The position numbers were made by a program, and so were the translations under genes. Positions 1 to 11,457 of a DNA stretch of 63,951 bases are shown piece after piece. Under the pieces are notes generated by a model. The model was not told the origin of the DNA and made no database searches. It saw only the letters and a list, made by a program, of their open reading frames with translations. The DNA is taken from NCBI GenBank assembly GCA_008632985.1, contig QPGO01000126.1:62050-126000 (forward strand), in the 5' to 3' direction. Within the stretch, counting starts at the first letter, position 1. Every line of letters begins with the position of its first letter. The DNA comes from Psammoneis japonica. Taxonomy: Eukaryota.

Positions 1-22
1 CACACACACACACACACACACA
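1..22. repeat. (CA)n microsatellite, truncated by the window edge
   Basis: 11 CA units at the window start. Confidence 0.95.
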
Positions 23-530
23 CTGTCACCCTCCCCTGATGAGCAATGCAAAGCTCATCAAGAAAAAAAGAGCACCTCCAAAAGAAAAGAGAGGGCCAGA
101 ATGGCAGAACAAAGAAAAGGACCAAAGAAATGGCCAAGACTTGGCCATTGAACATGACAACAATCAACAACAATGTCCTGTCATCAGTCTTCAACAAAAA
201 ACATCAAAGGCACACAAATCTTTTGGACAAATTGAGTTCTGCATCAAAGAATCATTTCATCAATCCACAAATCATTGACTGCAATGGGACATTCTGGCAA
301 GTCATGCTGTCACCAAAACTCATCCCAAGAGATGGGGCCAAAAAATGGAATCCACCACAACGGATGATGCACGATGCACTGAAAATCAAGCAACAGGCAG
401 CAATCTGCACCTGACAAACTAGTGCTTCTGCTGCCAGTTGTGTCACCTCTGAGAAACACATTGGATGACCAAAATGCATTGTAAAGTTGTGCTCAATGTT
501 GGAAGAACAGTGATGTGTTGCAGGTGAGCA

Positions 531-2310
531 TCACACGGTGTTCAAATCATGGTCATCAAGTGAGATTTCTTGATTGAGGAAGGTTGAATTCTCAACAGCC
601 TCATGTGCTCCTCCTGGCCCTGAGCTGTGGGAATCCTTCCCCTGATCAAAATGTGTGGGGTCATTGTTGGGGATGGTTGACAGGTCGTCACGAGCACCAG
701 GAACAACGCTGCTCGACACCACAACAATGGTCTTGACAGCAAAGGAAAGAGGTGGTGTGGTGGGAGACAACAAGACTTGGGGGGCCTCTTTCAGGGTTGC
801 CCCACTTCCAAGCTAACTGGACAAACAGAGTGCAACACTTGGAGTGCCTCATTGTTGGAAGAAGGTTGACATTTGGTTGGCAGATTTTCAGTGACAAGCA
901 AATCTTGGTCACCAAACAATTCACCACTGGAAGAGTTGGAATGTTTGTCAATCTTGTGCACTTCCACTGCACCATGTTGCTCCCTCCCCTGATCAGAAAA
1001 TGAAGGATCATTGTCAGCAATGATGGATGGGTCCAGAGTGCCATGAAAAGTGCAGTTGGACGTGTGACAACAGCCCTGACTGTGGAGGAAAGAGACTGGG
1101 TGGCAGAAGGCAGCAAGACTCCATGGCCCTCTTTCACATGCTGACTGCCCTGCTGCTGTTGGTCTTGTTCAAACAAGAGAAGGAGCAGCAGCATTGCACA
1201 TCCAAAATCAATGATGGCCAAACCAAAAATCCAAATTTGAATCAAGTTGACAACCAACAAAGCACCGGTGGTGTCCATGAGTGACATGTGGTGGCAGCGC
1301 ACAGGTGGCAAGCAAGTTAGGTGCAACCTTGATGACAGAGGACAGTCCATGACTGGGGTGAACATGGCCATCTTTGCGCGGAACAACAGAATGACCAGAA
1401 ACAAAAAACTTTGCTGGGGTCTTGAGTGGGCAGGCATGGACTTCAGCAGGAAGTGCCGCTAATTTGGCAGGAAGTTTGAGGGGTCCAGCATCAACAACTG
1501 CAGGTGGCTCCCTCTCAGATGCCGTGACAGACACAGTGGACTTGCTGTGCAGTGAAACATCATCCACAGGATCCACCCCAGCATCGACAGCAAGTGCATC
1601 TTGAAAATGAGAATTTTCATTCTTCCCAGCAGTCTTGGCAGCAGGAGCCACATCTTGAACCTCCACAGATGCAACAGACACGACAGAGCCTCCAAGAGGA
1701 AGAATGCTCTTCAGCGCTTTGGCCACAGCTTGCTCGTGCTCTTTTGGACCAGGCAAATGAGTGGCTGAGGCCTTGGCAAGATCTTCGGGGGTGTGAAACC
1801 TGCAGCAAAAGCTGGAGATGAAAAACTTGGGGCAGAAGAGGATTTTGGGAGAGGATTTTGGGTGTGGAGCATCAGAGATGTCATCCCAACATTTGTGCGA
1901 ATCAAAGTCATGACAAAAACAGAGACAGAGTGTTTCAACATGTGCCGCTGTGGTGTCCTGACCATTTGAGATTGTCTTGATCACAGCCTTCTGAAGATTG
2001 GTGCAGTTCAGATGAACTGGAGAAGCTTCAGGGGCTGCTACAAAGAGAGGAGCCTTGTCCATGCAAGTGGTCCAATCCATTTGAGATCGTTGGTCAGCAC
2101 AGCTTTGGGAATGATGAGATCCTGAATGACCCTGTGATGGAGAGTTTCCACAGGATTGGTCTTGAGGCCTGGAGCAGGCATCTCATCTGAATGAAGGTCA
2201 TTCAGGTGACAATGGGCATCGGGCAAGTGATGTTGCCAGTTGAATTCAACCAATGTCGACTCTTGATCTTGGTCAAATCAACGGCAGTTGTGCACTTGTT
2301 GACCATGGCT
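531..2310 (-). pseudogene. Decayed gene of unknown function inside island A
   Basis: Protein-like minus-strand fragments in shifting frames (2038-2253, 1208-2080, 531-773) with no Tyr and excess His/Cys; no family recognised. Confidence 0.45.
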
Positions 2311-2749
2311 GCGTGGGGGAAAAATCAAATTCCTGCACAGAGTGCTGGCATGTGTTTTACAGTGGTCGTGATGATCACAAGTTGAGAGAGAAAAATGGCT
2401 GTGACAATGATGCTGTTTTCAACAGAGAAATGTTGCCAAATCACACCGCAGTGAAAGTTGAACTGCGGTTGCATTGAGGAAGACAAACAGCGCACTGTTG
2501 CTCATAACCGTACAGACTGCTGGTGTCGGGACGATCTAACGGATATCTACTAGAGGACAGATGGTAACCATGTACTCTAGCTACTAGAGAGGAGAAAGAA
2601 AGTGAGCAAAGAAGAGATCACATCATCGGATCTCTCCATGCCATCTGTGCTAGTCTGTTCGACACAAGGGAGTGTACTCCCCGTCTCGAATGTCTGTCAG
2701 TAAGTACAGTAGTAGGCCCTCTCCAGAGTTATTACACAATTGACTTAAT

Positions 2750-3895
2750 TCATTTGTTATTGCGACTACGCTTCCAGGATAGCCATCGTGGAGGACGACG
2801 TTTCGTATGGGTCGATGGGTCTTTTTTAGGGCGCCACGACGCGTTTTTCCCGCGTTTAGAACACACCCGTCTTTCAGTTGAAGGGGATTGTTCTTGGGCG
2901 TTTGCGTTCGTCGATGTAGTCAGTAAATGTGGTTTGGCTTGAATAAAGTAATACAGACAATCAAGATCATTGGCTTTCCCTAACACATCTGCCCACAGTC
3001 CATCTGGAACATAGTTTTCGTTTTCCCTCAACAAGCGCCGTCCGCCCTTGTTCAATTTCATGTAGTATTCGATTTCTGGATGATCCCCGTCCGCAATTAC
3101 TTCCTCCAACGAATAGCTGTAGCGACCAATTTCCTCAGGAGATAGTTCAAGACTTGTGCAGCCACTTATCACGAGCTGCTGCAGTTCAGGGAGCTGCAAT
3201 ATTTCAGGCGGAATGAACCGTAGCTCCTTGCATAGGTACATCGACAATTTGGATAGTTTAGTGAGATTCGAAAGCTCGACCGGCAGAGTGACGAGTCGTC
3301 TGCAATTGCTGAAATTCAAACAAGAAAGACTGGTCATTTCGCCCATCTCTGGAGGTATCTCCTCGAGTTTCCGACAGTTGTTGAGGCTTAGGTTCTCGAT
3401 GTTCTTTAGGGCGGCTATGGTACCAGGCAGTCTTGTTATTTCCTCGCAGTTGCTCAAGTATAGCCCCGTAAGATTCGTCAGTTTACCGATTGATGGTGGA
3501 AGTGATTTCAGCTTGGTGCAGGCGTAGAGACTCAAACACGTTAAGCCCTGCAGGTCCCCAATCTCTCGAGGGAGTTCCTCGAGTCCCTCGCAGCACGAAA
3601 GCGAAAGTCGGTTGAGCTTTTCAAGCTTGCAAATCTCCCTTGGAAGTGTCTTTATTTTCGAGCACCAACTCAGATCGATGCATTTCAGATGTGATAGCAA
3701 CGAAATTTCTGGAGGAAGCGAATGTAAGCAGCAGGAATATGATAAATTAATCTCGACAACGTTGCCATTTTCGGTCTTGAAACGATCAGCCAACTTAGAG
3801 TCACTGTATCCTGCCGCCTTGCAAATCGCAGCAACGGCTTTCTCTTCTTCGTCGCTCAGGCTGAGAAGACTTAGCGGTGCCTCTTGCTGGTCCAT
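2750..3895 (-). CDS. Leucine-rich repeat protein (about 9 x 24-aa plant-R-like LRRs with diatom-type C-terminal cap)
   Basis: Repeated LxxLPxEIxxLxxLxxLxLSxC; C-terminal LNKGGRRLL...LW..VL...LYYF cap; intact 381-aa ORF. Confidence 0.9.
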   Translation of the reverse strand: MDQQEAPLSLLSLSDEEEKAVAAICKAAGYSDSKLADRFKTENGNVVEINLSYSCCLHSLPPEISLLSHLKCIDLSWCSKIKTLPREICKLEKLNRLSLSCCEGLEELPREIGDLQGLTCLSLYACTKLKSLPPSIGKLTNLTGLYLSNCEEITRLPGTIAALKNIENLSLNNCRKLEEIPPEMGEMTSLSCLNFSNCRRLVTLPVELSNLTKLSKLSMYLCKELRFIPPEILQLPELQQLVISGCTSLELSPEEIGRYSYSLEEVIADGDHPEIEYYMKLNKGGRRLLRENENYVPDGLWADVLGKANDLDCLYYFIQAKPHLLTTSTNANAQEQSPSTERRVCSKRGKNASWRPKKDPSTHTKRRPPRWLSWKRSRNNK

Positions 3896-4204
3896 TTCGT
3901 GGGATTGCTCGTCCTGGTGCTATCGTGACAACCGAAAAAGAAAAAATGTGTCAAGGATGATCGATTTCAGTGGCCATCAGAGATGGCCAATCCCGGATCA
4001 GGCTGTGCAGTCATTTTTGTCCGCCTTTCTGCGTGGACATGATGGCAGGGCCGTAGAAAAAGCGTAGCCCCCATACGACAAAAATTGATCGGAGAAATTA
4101 TTATTTCGTAGTCGTGGTTATTCGTGGCGCCTCTTCCGTACAGTAGGTGGTGGTTTGTTCGTTGGTGGCGCTCACGACTCTGACGTGTCGATTACATCAT
4201 ACCT

Positions 4205-4385
4205 CCACGCCACGTACAGTACGCGTACAGTACGGTACCGTAGCTATTCTCTCTCTACCATAGCTATTCTAGCTAGAGCTAGTTAGCTCTACTAGCTATT
4301 AGCTAGAGAGCTCTACTAGTAGAAGCTACTAGCTCTCTAATAGTAGCTAGAGAGAGAGAGAGCACGGTAGGCCTATACTGTACTG
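4205..4385. repeat. TA-rich low-complexity intergenic spacer (GTAC/TAGC/CTAG/AG-rich)
   Basis: acgtacagtacgcgtacagtacggtaccgtagctattct...tagctagagctagttagctctactagct...(AG)n; similar tracts at about 28800-28890, 30240-30305 and 38820-38930. Confidence 0.75.
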
Positions 4386-4832
4386 CTGTAAAGGTAGGGA
4401 TTCGAAATAGTGTCGGTGCTGTACCTGCTAAGTATGCCCAACGGAAAAATGGTTGCTTGTAGAGAATGTGATGTCAATTGTTCTGTTGTTTAGCCTGCCT
4501 CTGCCTTAACCACCACGTAGTACAACTATAGCCATCCACTCTTTACAAAACTTGCTACTCTAGAGTAGTTTACTGCGAGATCCGCATACGACATCCCGCA
4601 GGTCATCTCTAAAGGGTAGAGAGAGGGCACTAAACCGACGACAAACTCTAGAGAGTGTCTCATAAGAGCACAAAATCATAAAACTAAGTTTACTCATGAA
4701 CTCAATGACGTGGCACAAAAGGATGTTCCTACACCCCTCAACATCGTCACGACAAGTTTCGCTGACAGACGAAAACATTCAGAAACTAGACTGAAGCAAG
4801 ATCCACATGAATGCGTCGAGAAGGCCGTCTCT

Positions 4833-6299
4833 CTACGCGGGCGACTGCGAATTGAATTGCGAGTTTGTTGGAACTCCTTTATCTCCTCCGTTCCTCATAT
4901 CGTCAATGTCAGTGCCAGGAGAACCGAGAGAAGTTGTTTTTTGATGACTATCTCCTGAATCGCTGGCGGTAGCGGCTTCACCCCGGTCAACCGTGCCTCC
5001 GACTCCATAGAGGCGGCGATCTCCCCAGCTGCGGGGAAGGAGACGAAGGAAGCAAAGGTCAAACACTTCCGCGAAACTAAAGACCGAGATTCCCAGGAAG
5101 AATCCGAGCAAACCACCAATAGCAGCGAGAAGACCCGAGAAAGAAACCGCTTTTGTCTCGGTAACTTCCTCGCGACGAATGGCCTCGAAATTCATCTGCA
5201 CCACGAGAAGATTCTGGCGAACAAAATCTTCGGTCGAATTAATTATGCCGGCAAGATCATTGAGAAGAAACTGGGAGAGTTGGAGGCCTGAAGTCCGCGT
5301 GCTGTATACAGTCTCCTTGCAAGGAGGATCTGGACAGTCGCATTCAAGATCTTCGAATAAACCAGCGGAACATTCATCCGGAGCTTCAGTCGCAGAAGAA
5401 CCATAATCATCATCGTCGTCGTCACCAACTTCAAACTCTGAAGCGCAGTAAACAAAGCTAAGACTCTTGGGACGATTGTCGCCAAGGGCGCGACAACCGC
5501 ATTGTTCCAAGTGGTAGTCAAAGTAACAGTCCGCTCGGCACGCAGGTTGACTAAATGTCTCTGGAGTTTTGACGCAAGTTGACCACGGCTTTTGTTCTTC
5601 ACGGTCATATTTGGTCACATCCAGAAAAACCGTGTGGGCAAAGCCCGGGCCCAGGTCTGTGAACGGGCGATCAATCGTTATCGAAGTCGTGTTTGGTTCC
5701 GTGACATAAATAAAGACACCCTCCGTTTCAGCACCATCGTAGTAATCGTCACGGTGGATAAAAACGGAAAAGACAAGACCACTCGTCAGACCAGGCCTCG
5801 TGACCTTGGTATCGGTGTGAAACGTCCAGCAGGGTCCAGCGTCAGTGATTGTCTGCTTCCAGTAGTCGGCAGCGTTTAAATCCTCGCCATCAAACTCCGT
5901 AAAGACAACGAACTCATCCAGTTGCTGCGTAATCAGATTGAGCTCTTCATCATTTACGGGGCTCGTAATACCGGTTGCGTTTACCTTGGATGCTTGGAAA
6001 GGGTTCACGTTGCAAACCGTAACGTCCGGAAAGGTGAGAGACTGTGGTGCAATCGTTTGAATCGAAGTGGTTGTGCTGTAGTCCAGATAATTTTGAATCA
6101 CAACAGTCAAGTTCCAAGTCAAGAGACCCAGGCACGTGCAAAACAAAAGGATGAAAAGGGCCCGTTTCCATGCGCGAGCATTCAAGTCGAACACATATTC
6201 AACACCGTGAATGCTCGTCCCTCCCGCCCACTCATGAATGACCTCGGATCTGGTCGCATCCGCCTCACTCGATTCCGGTGTAGAATACTCAGCAGCCAT
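4833..6299 (-). CDS. DEG/ENaC (ASIC/amiloride-sensitive sodium channel) family subunit
   Basis: Pre-TM1 TSIHG motif, TM1, FPDVTVCN, GPCWTF, Cys-rich thumb (C..C...C.C...CPDPPC), TM2 IGGLLGFFLGISVFSFAE with G-x-S filter; intact 488-aa ORF. Confidence 0.92.
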   Translation of the reverse strand: MAAEYSTPESSEADATRSEVIHEWAGGTSIHGVEYVFDLNARAWKRALFILLFCTCLGLLTWNLTVVIQNYLDYSTTTSIQTIAPQSLTFPDVTVCNVNPFQASKVNATGITSPVNDEELNLITQQLDEFVVFTEFDGEDLNAADYWKQTITDAGPCWTFHTDTKVTRPGLTSGLVFSVFIHRDDYYDGAETEGVFIYVTEPNTTSITIDRPFTDLGPGFAHTVFLDVTKYDREEQKPWSTCVKTPETFSQPACRADCYFDYHLEQCGCRALGDNRPKSLSFVYCASEFEVGDDDDDDYGSSATEAPDECSAGLFEDLECDCPDPPCKETVYSTRTSGLQLSQFLLNDLAGIINSTEDFVRQNLLVVQMNFEAIRREEVTETKAVSFSGLLAAIGGLLGFFLGISVFSFAEVFDLCFLRLLPRSWGDRRLYGVGGTVDRGEAATASDSGDSHQKTTSLGSPGTDIDDMRNGGDKGVPTNSQFNSQSPA

Positions 6300-7270
6300 G
6301 GCTGAAGATGATGGACAAAAGTAGAACTATCTGTTTCCACAGGCCACTCTTGTTTTGTGAGTCACTCTGCACAACGCCAACAAAGTAAACACACTTTGTT
6401 GGTCGCGAGCAGAGCCGCAATAATTCAATCGCAGTCCTCCGAATCTGCTCGGGAGCCTCTGTGTTCTGTGTGGGCCGTCGGTGGCGCACTGATGAGTGAG
6501 CACGAGCACTGACTCGAAATCGCGGGTCGTGTCATCATGCTCGTCTCCAGAGTCACAGGCTCCGAAAATGACCATGACCACACCTGCCTGGGGCCACCCA
6601 AAATCATGGACATCACACTGTGATTTGTTTCTTCATCCAAAGCAGTTGTTGTTAAACTTGACACAGAAGCGAGCCATGCCATTGAGGGAGTGGAAAGAAT
6701 CGTCTTGTTCATTTCCATCCAGTCCTCAAGCCCACCACTTTTTTGGCCGGCCGAGCTCATCTTGTCTCCCGCTCTTCGCTGCATTTTGCCACCAGTGTTT
6801 GGCGAGCTGTGTCAAGCAAATGTTTGTGCATGTTTTCTCATCATTGCTTTTGTTTCAACAGAGCAATTGTTTTTCCATTCATTGCAAAGATGCCCCCCAC
6901 CCTTTTTCGCTTCTTGCAGCAAGAGCTCCCCCCAGCTGGCTGATGGAGTGCGACATCTTTCTTGCCGTCATCATGAAAGTTCGCAGTTTGCAGAACACCC
7001 TGATGATGTTTGGTGGCATTTGCACAAAATGTGGTCAGCAACCCCTGGGTCAAAAAGGCAAAAGCTGACATGACAACATGTTGTTTCTGGCTGTTGGCTT
7101 GCACATGTGTGCACTCAATGAGGTTTGTTGCACACCTTTGGTGTGTGGGCCCTCCTGGCTCAATGCAAAATGATGTTTGGTTTGTTCACCCATGACAATG
7201 TCCCAGCTTCATGGCTGCAATGTTGTCTGGGCTGGACACATTTGAGAGCAGCAGCTTTGATCTCAAACAA

Positions 7271-7301
<31 letters not shown>
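7271..7301. repeat. (CT)n microsatellite
   Basis: ctctctctctctctctctgtctctctctctc. Confidence 0.9.
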
Positions 7302-7303
<2 letters not shown>

Positions 7304-10300
7304 ACTGTTTTGAAGTTTGTGCTGCACCAGAGCAACGCGTTGAAAGGATGCTGTTGCTGAGGGCCCAGTTGGCTGCAGAAAAAATCAAAAAGCTCACTCA
7401 GTGCAATCCACGGATCAAGCCACAAAATGTGCTCAAAGCATGCTCTGGTGTTGGGAGCATGTGGGGTGACAACAAGCTGATCAGACAGTGAAGCACTCAA
7501 CAGACTTGTGAAAGTGCAAAGGTCCAGGATTTGCAACCCAACAAGCAAAAATGTTTGTAAAACAAGCCAGCAAGTTTGTGATCTGCTTTGCAAACAGGGG
7601 TTTGAAAACATGTTTGCTGATGCTGTGGCACTGTCAGAGTTCACCAACTGTTTGCAAACACTTTTGTGAACTGTGCAAGGTTTCTTCATTTTAAGCCATG
7701 CAAAGTCTGGCCATGCACCCAATGACAAATTCCCAGGAAACAGGAATTTTGATCACCAATGCATGGTTTGTTTCCGTGTGTCAGTTTTTTGCCATGTTTT
7801 GCTTCAGCCACTCACACTTTGCTGCATCTGCTGCTGACCTTGCTCTTGCTCAAATGAGTGCCAGCACTTCAGCTGCTGCCTCCACCCACAGAAATGGAAA
7901 GAGAAGAGGAAAAGGAACATTTGCTGTGTTGGGTGCCACCACTTGTGCCATGCACCACAATTTCTTTTGTTCTCTGTTGCACAAATTGGTGTTGCTGCTG
8001 CCAGCAGCCCAAGAAACAGCAGATGACATGCAGCAGCAGGCCACCAGCCCAAGTTGGAAGGCTGGCAGCAACTCTCCAGGCAAGTGCAGTTCAAGGTTGG
8101 CTCATTGGGCTTGAGCAAACAGGCCCTGGGAGAACCATCCAAGAATGGCTTTAAAACACACTCATGTTTGCAATGTTGATGGGTGTCCCAATCCATTCCT
8201 CAAGCAGCTCTCCAAGAATGAAGCAGCCACAGCTGGGTTGCAACAAAATTGCAGGATCATTTGAAACAGCGCTGTCACAAGGGGATGCTGAGTCCAAGCC
8301 TGTTCTTGAGAAGGCCAAGCAAAAAAGGTGAGATTGGGTGCACATTGTGTGTTGCATGTTGGCTTCAGTCATTGTTGCTGAACAGGCACTGGCAGCATCA
8401 TTTTGTCTTGCTCACAAGTGCTTCTGCTGTTTGTCATCTTTCACATTTTGGGAAGCACTTGCTTTCCAACACTTTGTTGGAGGCAGCAACAGTGGCAATG
8501 CAAAGCCACCAGCAAAAAGGTGAAACATTGCAATCAACCTTAAAGGGTTGGCTTGCTTTTGCTCCAAGGCAGAAGACCCTGACAAAGCAAGCCCGGTTCT
8601 GCACACACAGAAAGCAAAGGATTTCAAAAAGCACATGCACAGAAAAGTGCTTCATTGAAATGATTTTCAAGGTGGTGACTCAGATGCATCTGCAGTCACT
8701 TCCTGCTTGTTGGGACAGGAGCATGTCAGCTGAGGTGAAGTTTGCCATGTTTGAGAAATTTTTCAACCTTGTCTGGCAGCAGTGCCAGCACAGCAGCTGA
8801 AAAGAGTGACGGCATTGGGCATTTCCTGAAAGAGTGATTGAAGCAAAGAGCAGCAGCAGCAGCAGCAGCAGCAGCCAAGAGTGACAAGAAGAAAGCCAGC
8901 AGTGCCACTGGCAGCCCAGTTCCATCACAAAAACCACCACCACCCGCCGCCCAAAAAGTCAAACTTTGGGGACTTCAGTGGATGGCAGACAAACAGTCAC
9001 TGCCACGTCATGTCATTCGTTGTGAATTTAAAGTTGACAAGTTTGTCAATCTGGGAGGACTTTAATTGAAGCAGTCAAAGTCCACTGTGTGCTGTTGTTC
9101 TTTCCACTGGTGGAGATGAGTTTGCATGTCTTCTCAGCTGACCAGACCCCTCTGAGCAGAACCGCTGCCTCGCGGACTTTTTCACCCACGTCATCCCACC
9201 AAAAGGTGATGGATGAACAACCACCAATGACCAGAACACACAAAATGAACCCACCACATGCATCCCGGCTGCACGGGGGGTGTGAGACATCTTTTGGTCC
9301 AACTGCCCCTCTGATTGCCAACCCCCTGCCTTGGGCTTCTTAACGCCAATCAGAAAAACAGACACCACATGTGGTGTCAAAAAATTCTTGTTGTGGTCTG
9401 TAAAGTGCCTTGCGTGCACTAAATGACCACACAAATGAATTCATCCCACTCAAAAACACACATTTTCACCCTTTGTTTGTGTTCAAGTGATGTCTGGTTG
9501 TGCTGCAGTGGCCTTTGAAAGTGTGGTGTTTTTGCTCAAATTTCCCATGCAAACTGCCTCCAACATGGCGTCACCTCCAGCATCTCCCCTGTTGCCAGAA
9601 TGTTCCCTCCAATGATCCACCTCTCCCATGGACGTGCATGGAAAAGAGATGGGCATTAGCGAATTGCTTGCTGTTGGAGACAACATGCCTGAATCACCTG
9701 GTGCTTTTAGAGAAGAATTTCTGAAAATTTCAGGCAGTTCCGTTGGTGATGCAAATGAGGCCACAGTTGTCCTGCCACCAACTAAAAAGTCCAGGAATTG
9801 CTTTTCCCACACAAAGAAGAAGCTGCTGGGTGTTGTGATTCTCTTTGTGGAGACCCGGTGCCAAGAATTGTGTTCCAGCTTGCTGTTTGATGCAGTGCAA
9901 ACGGAAGATGCTGCACAGTGGTGGCATGTCCACGGAAAACCAACAACAACCAGTTTGCAGTGAAGTGGGGTCAGTCATCAATGTTTCCTGGAAGCATGCA
10001 AAAAGAACATTTGCACCACAAGCTTGAAAGTGACAACCAAACAAAAGAGCAGCTGAAGAAAGCAAGGCAGAGGAGAGAGTGCTAGTTTGAAATGAGCAAA
10101 TGCAATGCAATGGTGTTGCAGCAGTTTGTTGTTGAATCAATGTGATGAGAACCACTGCAGTTCCATGCTGATTTGAACAACACTTGTGCCTGCAAGTGGA
10201 TCATGTTGATGAATTTAACAATTGATCCATGCAGCAACAAGTGGTGTCAACATCAACAATGTGTTCCACCTCATGATTCTGGTTGCTCAGATTCTTCTTC

Positions 10301-11239
10301 TTCCTCCTCCCCGTTGCACCGCATGGAGCCATTCATTGCTCATTCCCATTCACAGCATCGCCTGAATTGCCATTCATTCCACCAATTGTGGCAGCAGCAG
10401 CACCAATCTCTTCATCATTTGCACTCTCCACACTGCTGTTTTTGACATGATGATTTGAGGAGGACAGCCCGTCATCTCACTCTGTTGCACACCACTGCTG
10501 CTTGCAGTGTTGTCACCTTGAGGAGGCATTGGATCACACCACAAGCAAATTTTCCATTGTCCCATGGCCAACTGCCACTCACCTTGTGCCTTGGCACATG
10601 AAATGGTCAGAGTTCATTTTTGGTTTTGTGTCAATTTTTGTTTTTCTTCACTCATGAGTTTCATTTCGACAACAATGGGGCAGCGCACTTTTCAAAAATC
10701 TGGTTCCTGCACTGATCTGCACAAATTGGACACATGTGGAATGTGCAGCAAATTTTGCAGCAATTGATTTGAATTCACTCCAAGTGCACAAACATTGTGG
10801 CAACAATGCCACGACATCAGCGATGGCCGCCGCACATGACAACAACAGCTGACGGGGGGTTCTGGCACAACGGGCTCCAGCCCCAGGTGGGACTTTTTTG
10901 TGACATTGGGCCCGCAGAATTCTGCATGCAAGCTCCACAGCAAAATTGTCAAGCAATGAACACATGGGTGATTGCCAACAGAAAAAGAGGCAATTTTGCA
11001 AACACATCTCCTCCTCCACACTTGAAGCACATTCTTTGCAGCATGCCCGGGTGTGTTCTTCAGACATTGAAGAACACACCCAGTGCATCTTTGTTTTGTC
11101 ACAAATGTGGTGGACAACAGAAAGCCTTTGGCTTTGCAAAACAGGCAGTGTGGAACAATTTTTTATGACAGAACACACAGAAAGGTGTGTGAGAAACATG
11201 CGGCAGATGACAAAAAACAATTGTCACAGTTTGGCAGTG

Positions 11240-11457
11240 CGAGGTCCCACCCAGAGCTGGAACGCATCACACCAAGATGACAACTGACATGACAACAAAT
11301 GCAGCAAAAATGTTGGATGACAATGATGGAGTTGTTTTGGGAGCTGCTTGAGTGATTGGTGATGGTTGATTTTTGACACGCACAACTTGGTGCTGAAAAC
11401 ACGTGCATTTTTTTGCCGCGGTGGGAGACGTGTTCTCCAGGTCCAGGTGGGACCTCG
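11240..11457. mobile_element. Tc1/mariner-like MITE (218 bp)
   Basis: 22-bp TIRs cgaggtcccacccagagctgga / tccaggtccaggtgggacctcg (3 mismatches); flanked by TG (11238-39) and TA (11458-59), consistent with a TA TSD whose left copy mutated; TA|CGAGG terminus is mariner-like. Confidence 0.75.

Larger units (their letters stand above)
1..2500. other. TpA/CpG-depleted hypermutated island A
   Basis: About 7 TA dinucleotides in 2.5 kb by eye (420, 482, 814, 1318, 1460, 2039, 2358); few CG; excess TG/CA; ORFs nearly Tyr-free and rich in C/H/M/W; TA returns abruptly at about 2505. Confidence 0.9.

Noticed and set aside
1..22. (CA)n as a converted (TA)n tract or a telomere
   Set aside because: An ordinary microsatellite suffices; it is not a TTAGGG-type repeat, and conversion would probably give mixed CA/TG
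9628..10100. hAT transposase dimerisation domain (AAQWWHVHG)
   Set aside because: The downstream SS..ER.FS motif cannot be found; too degraded to support
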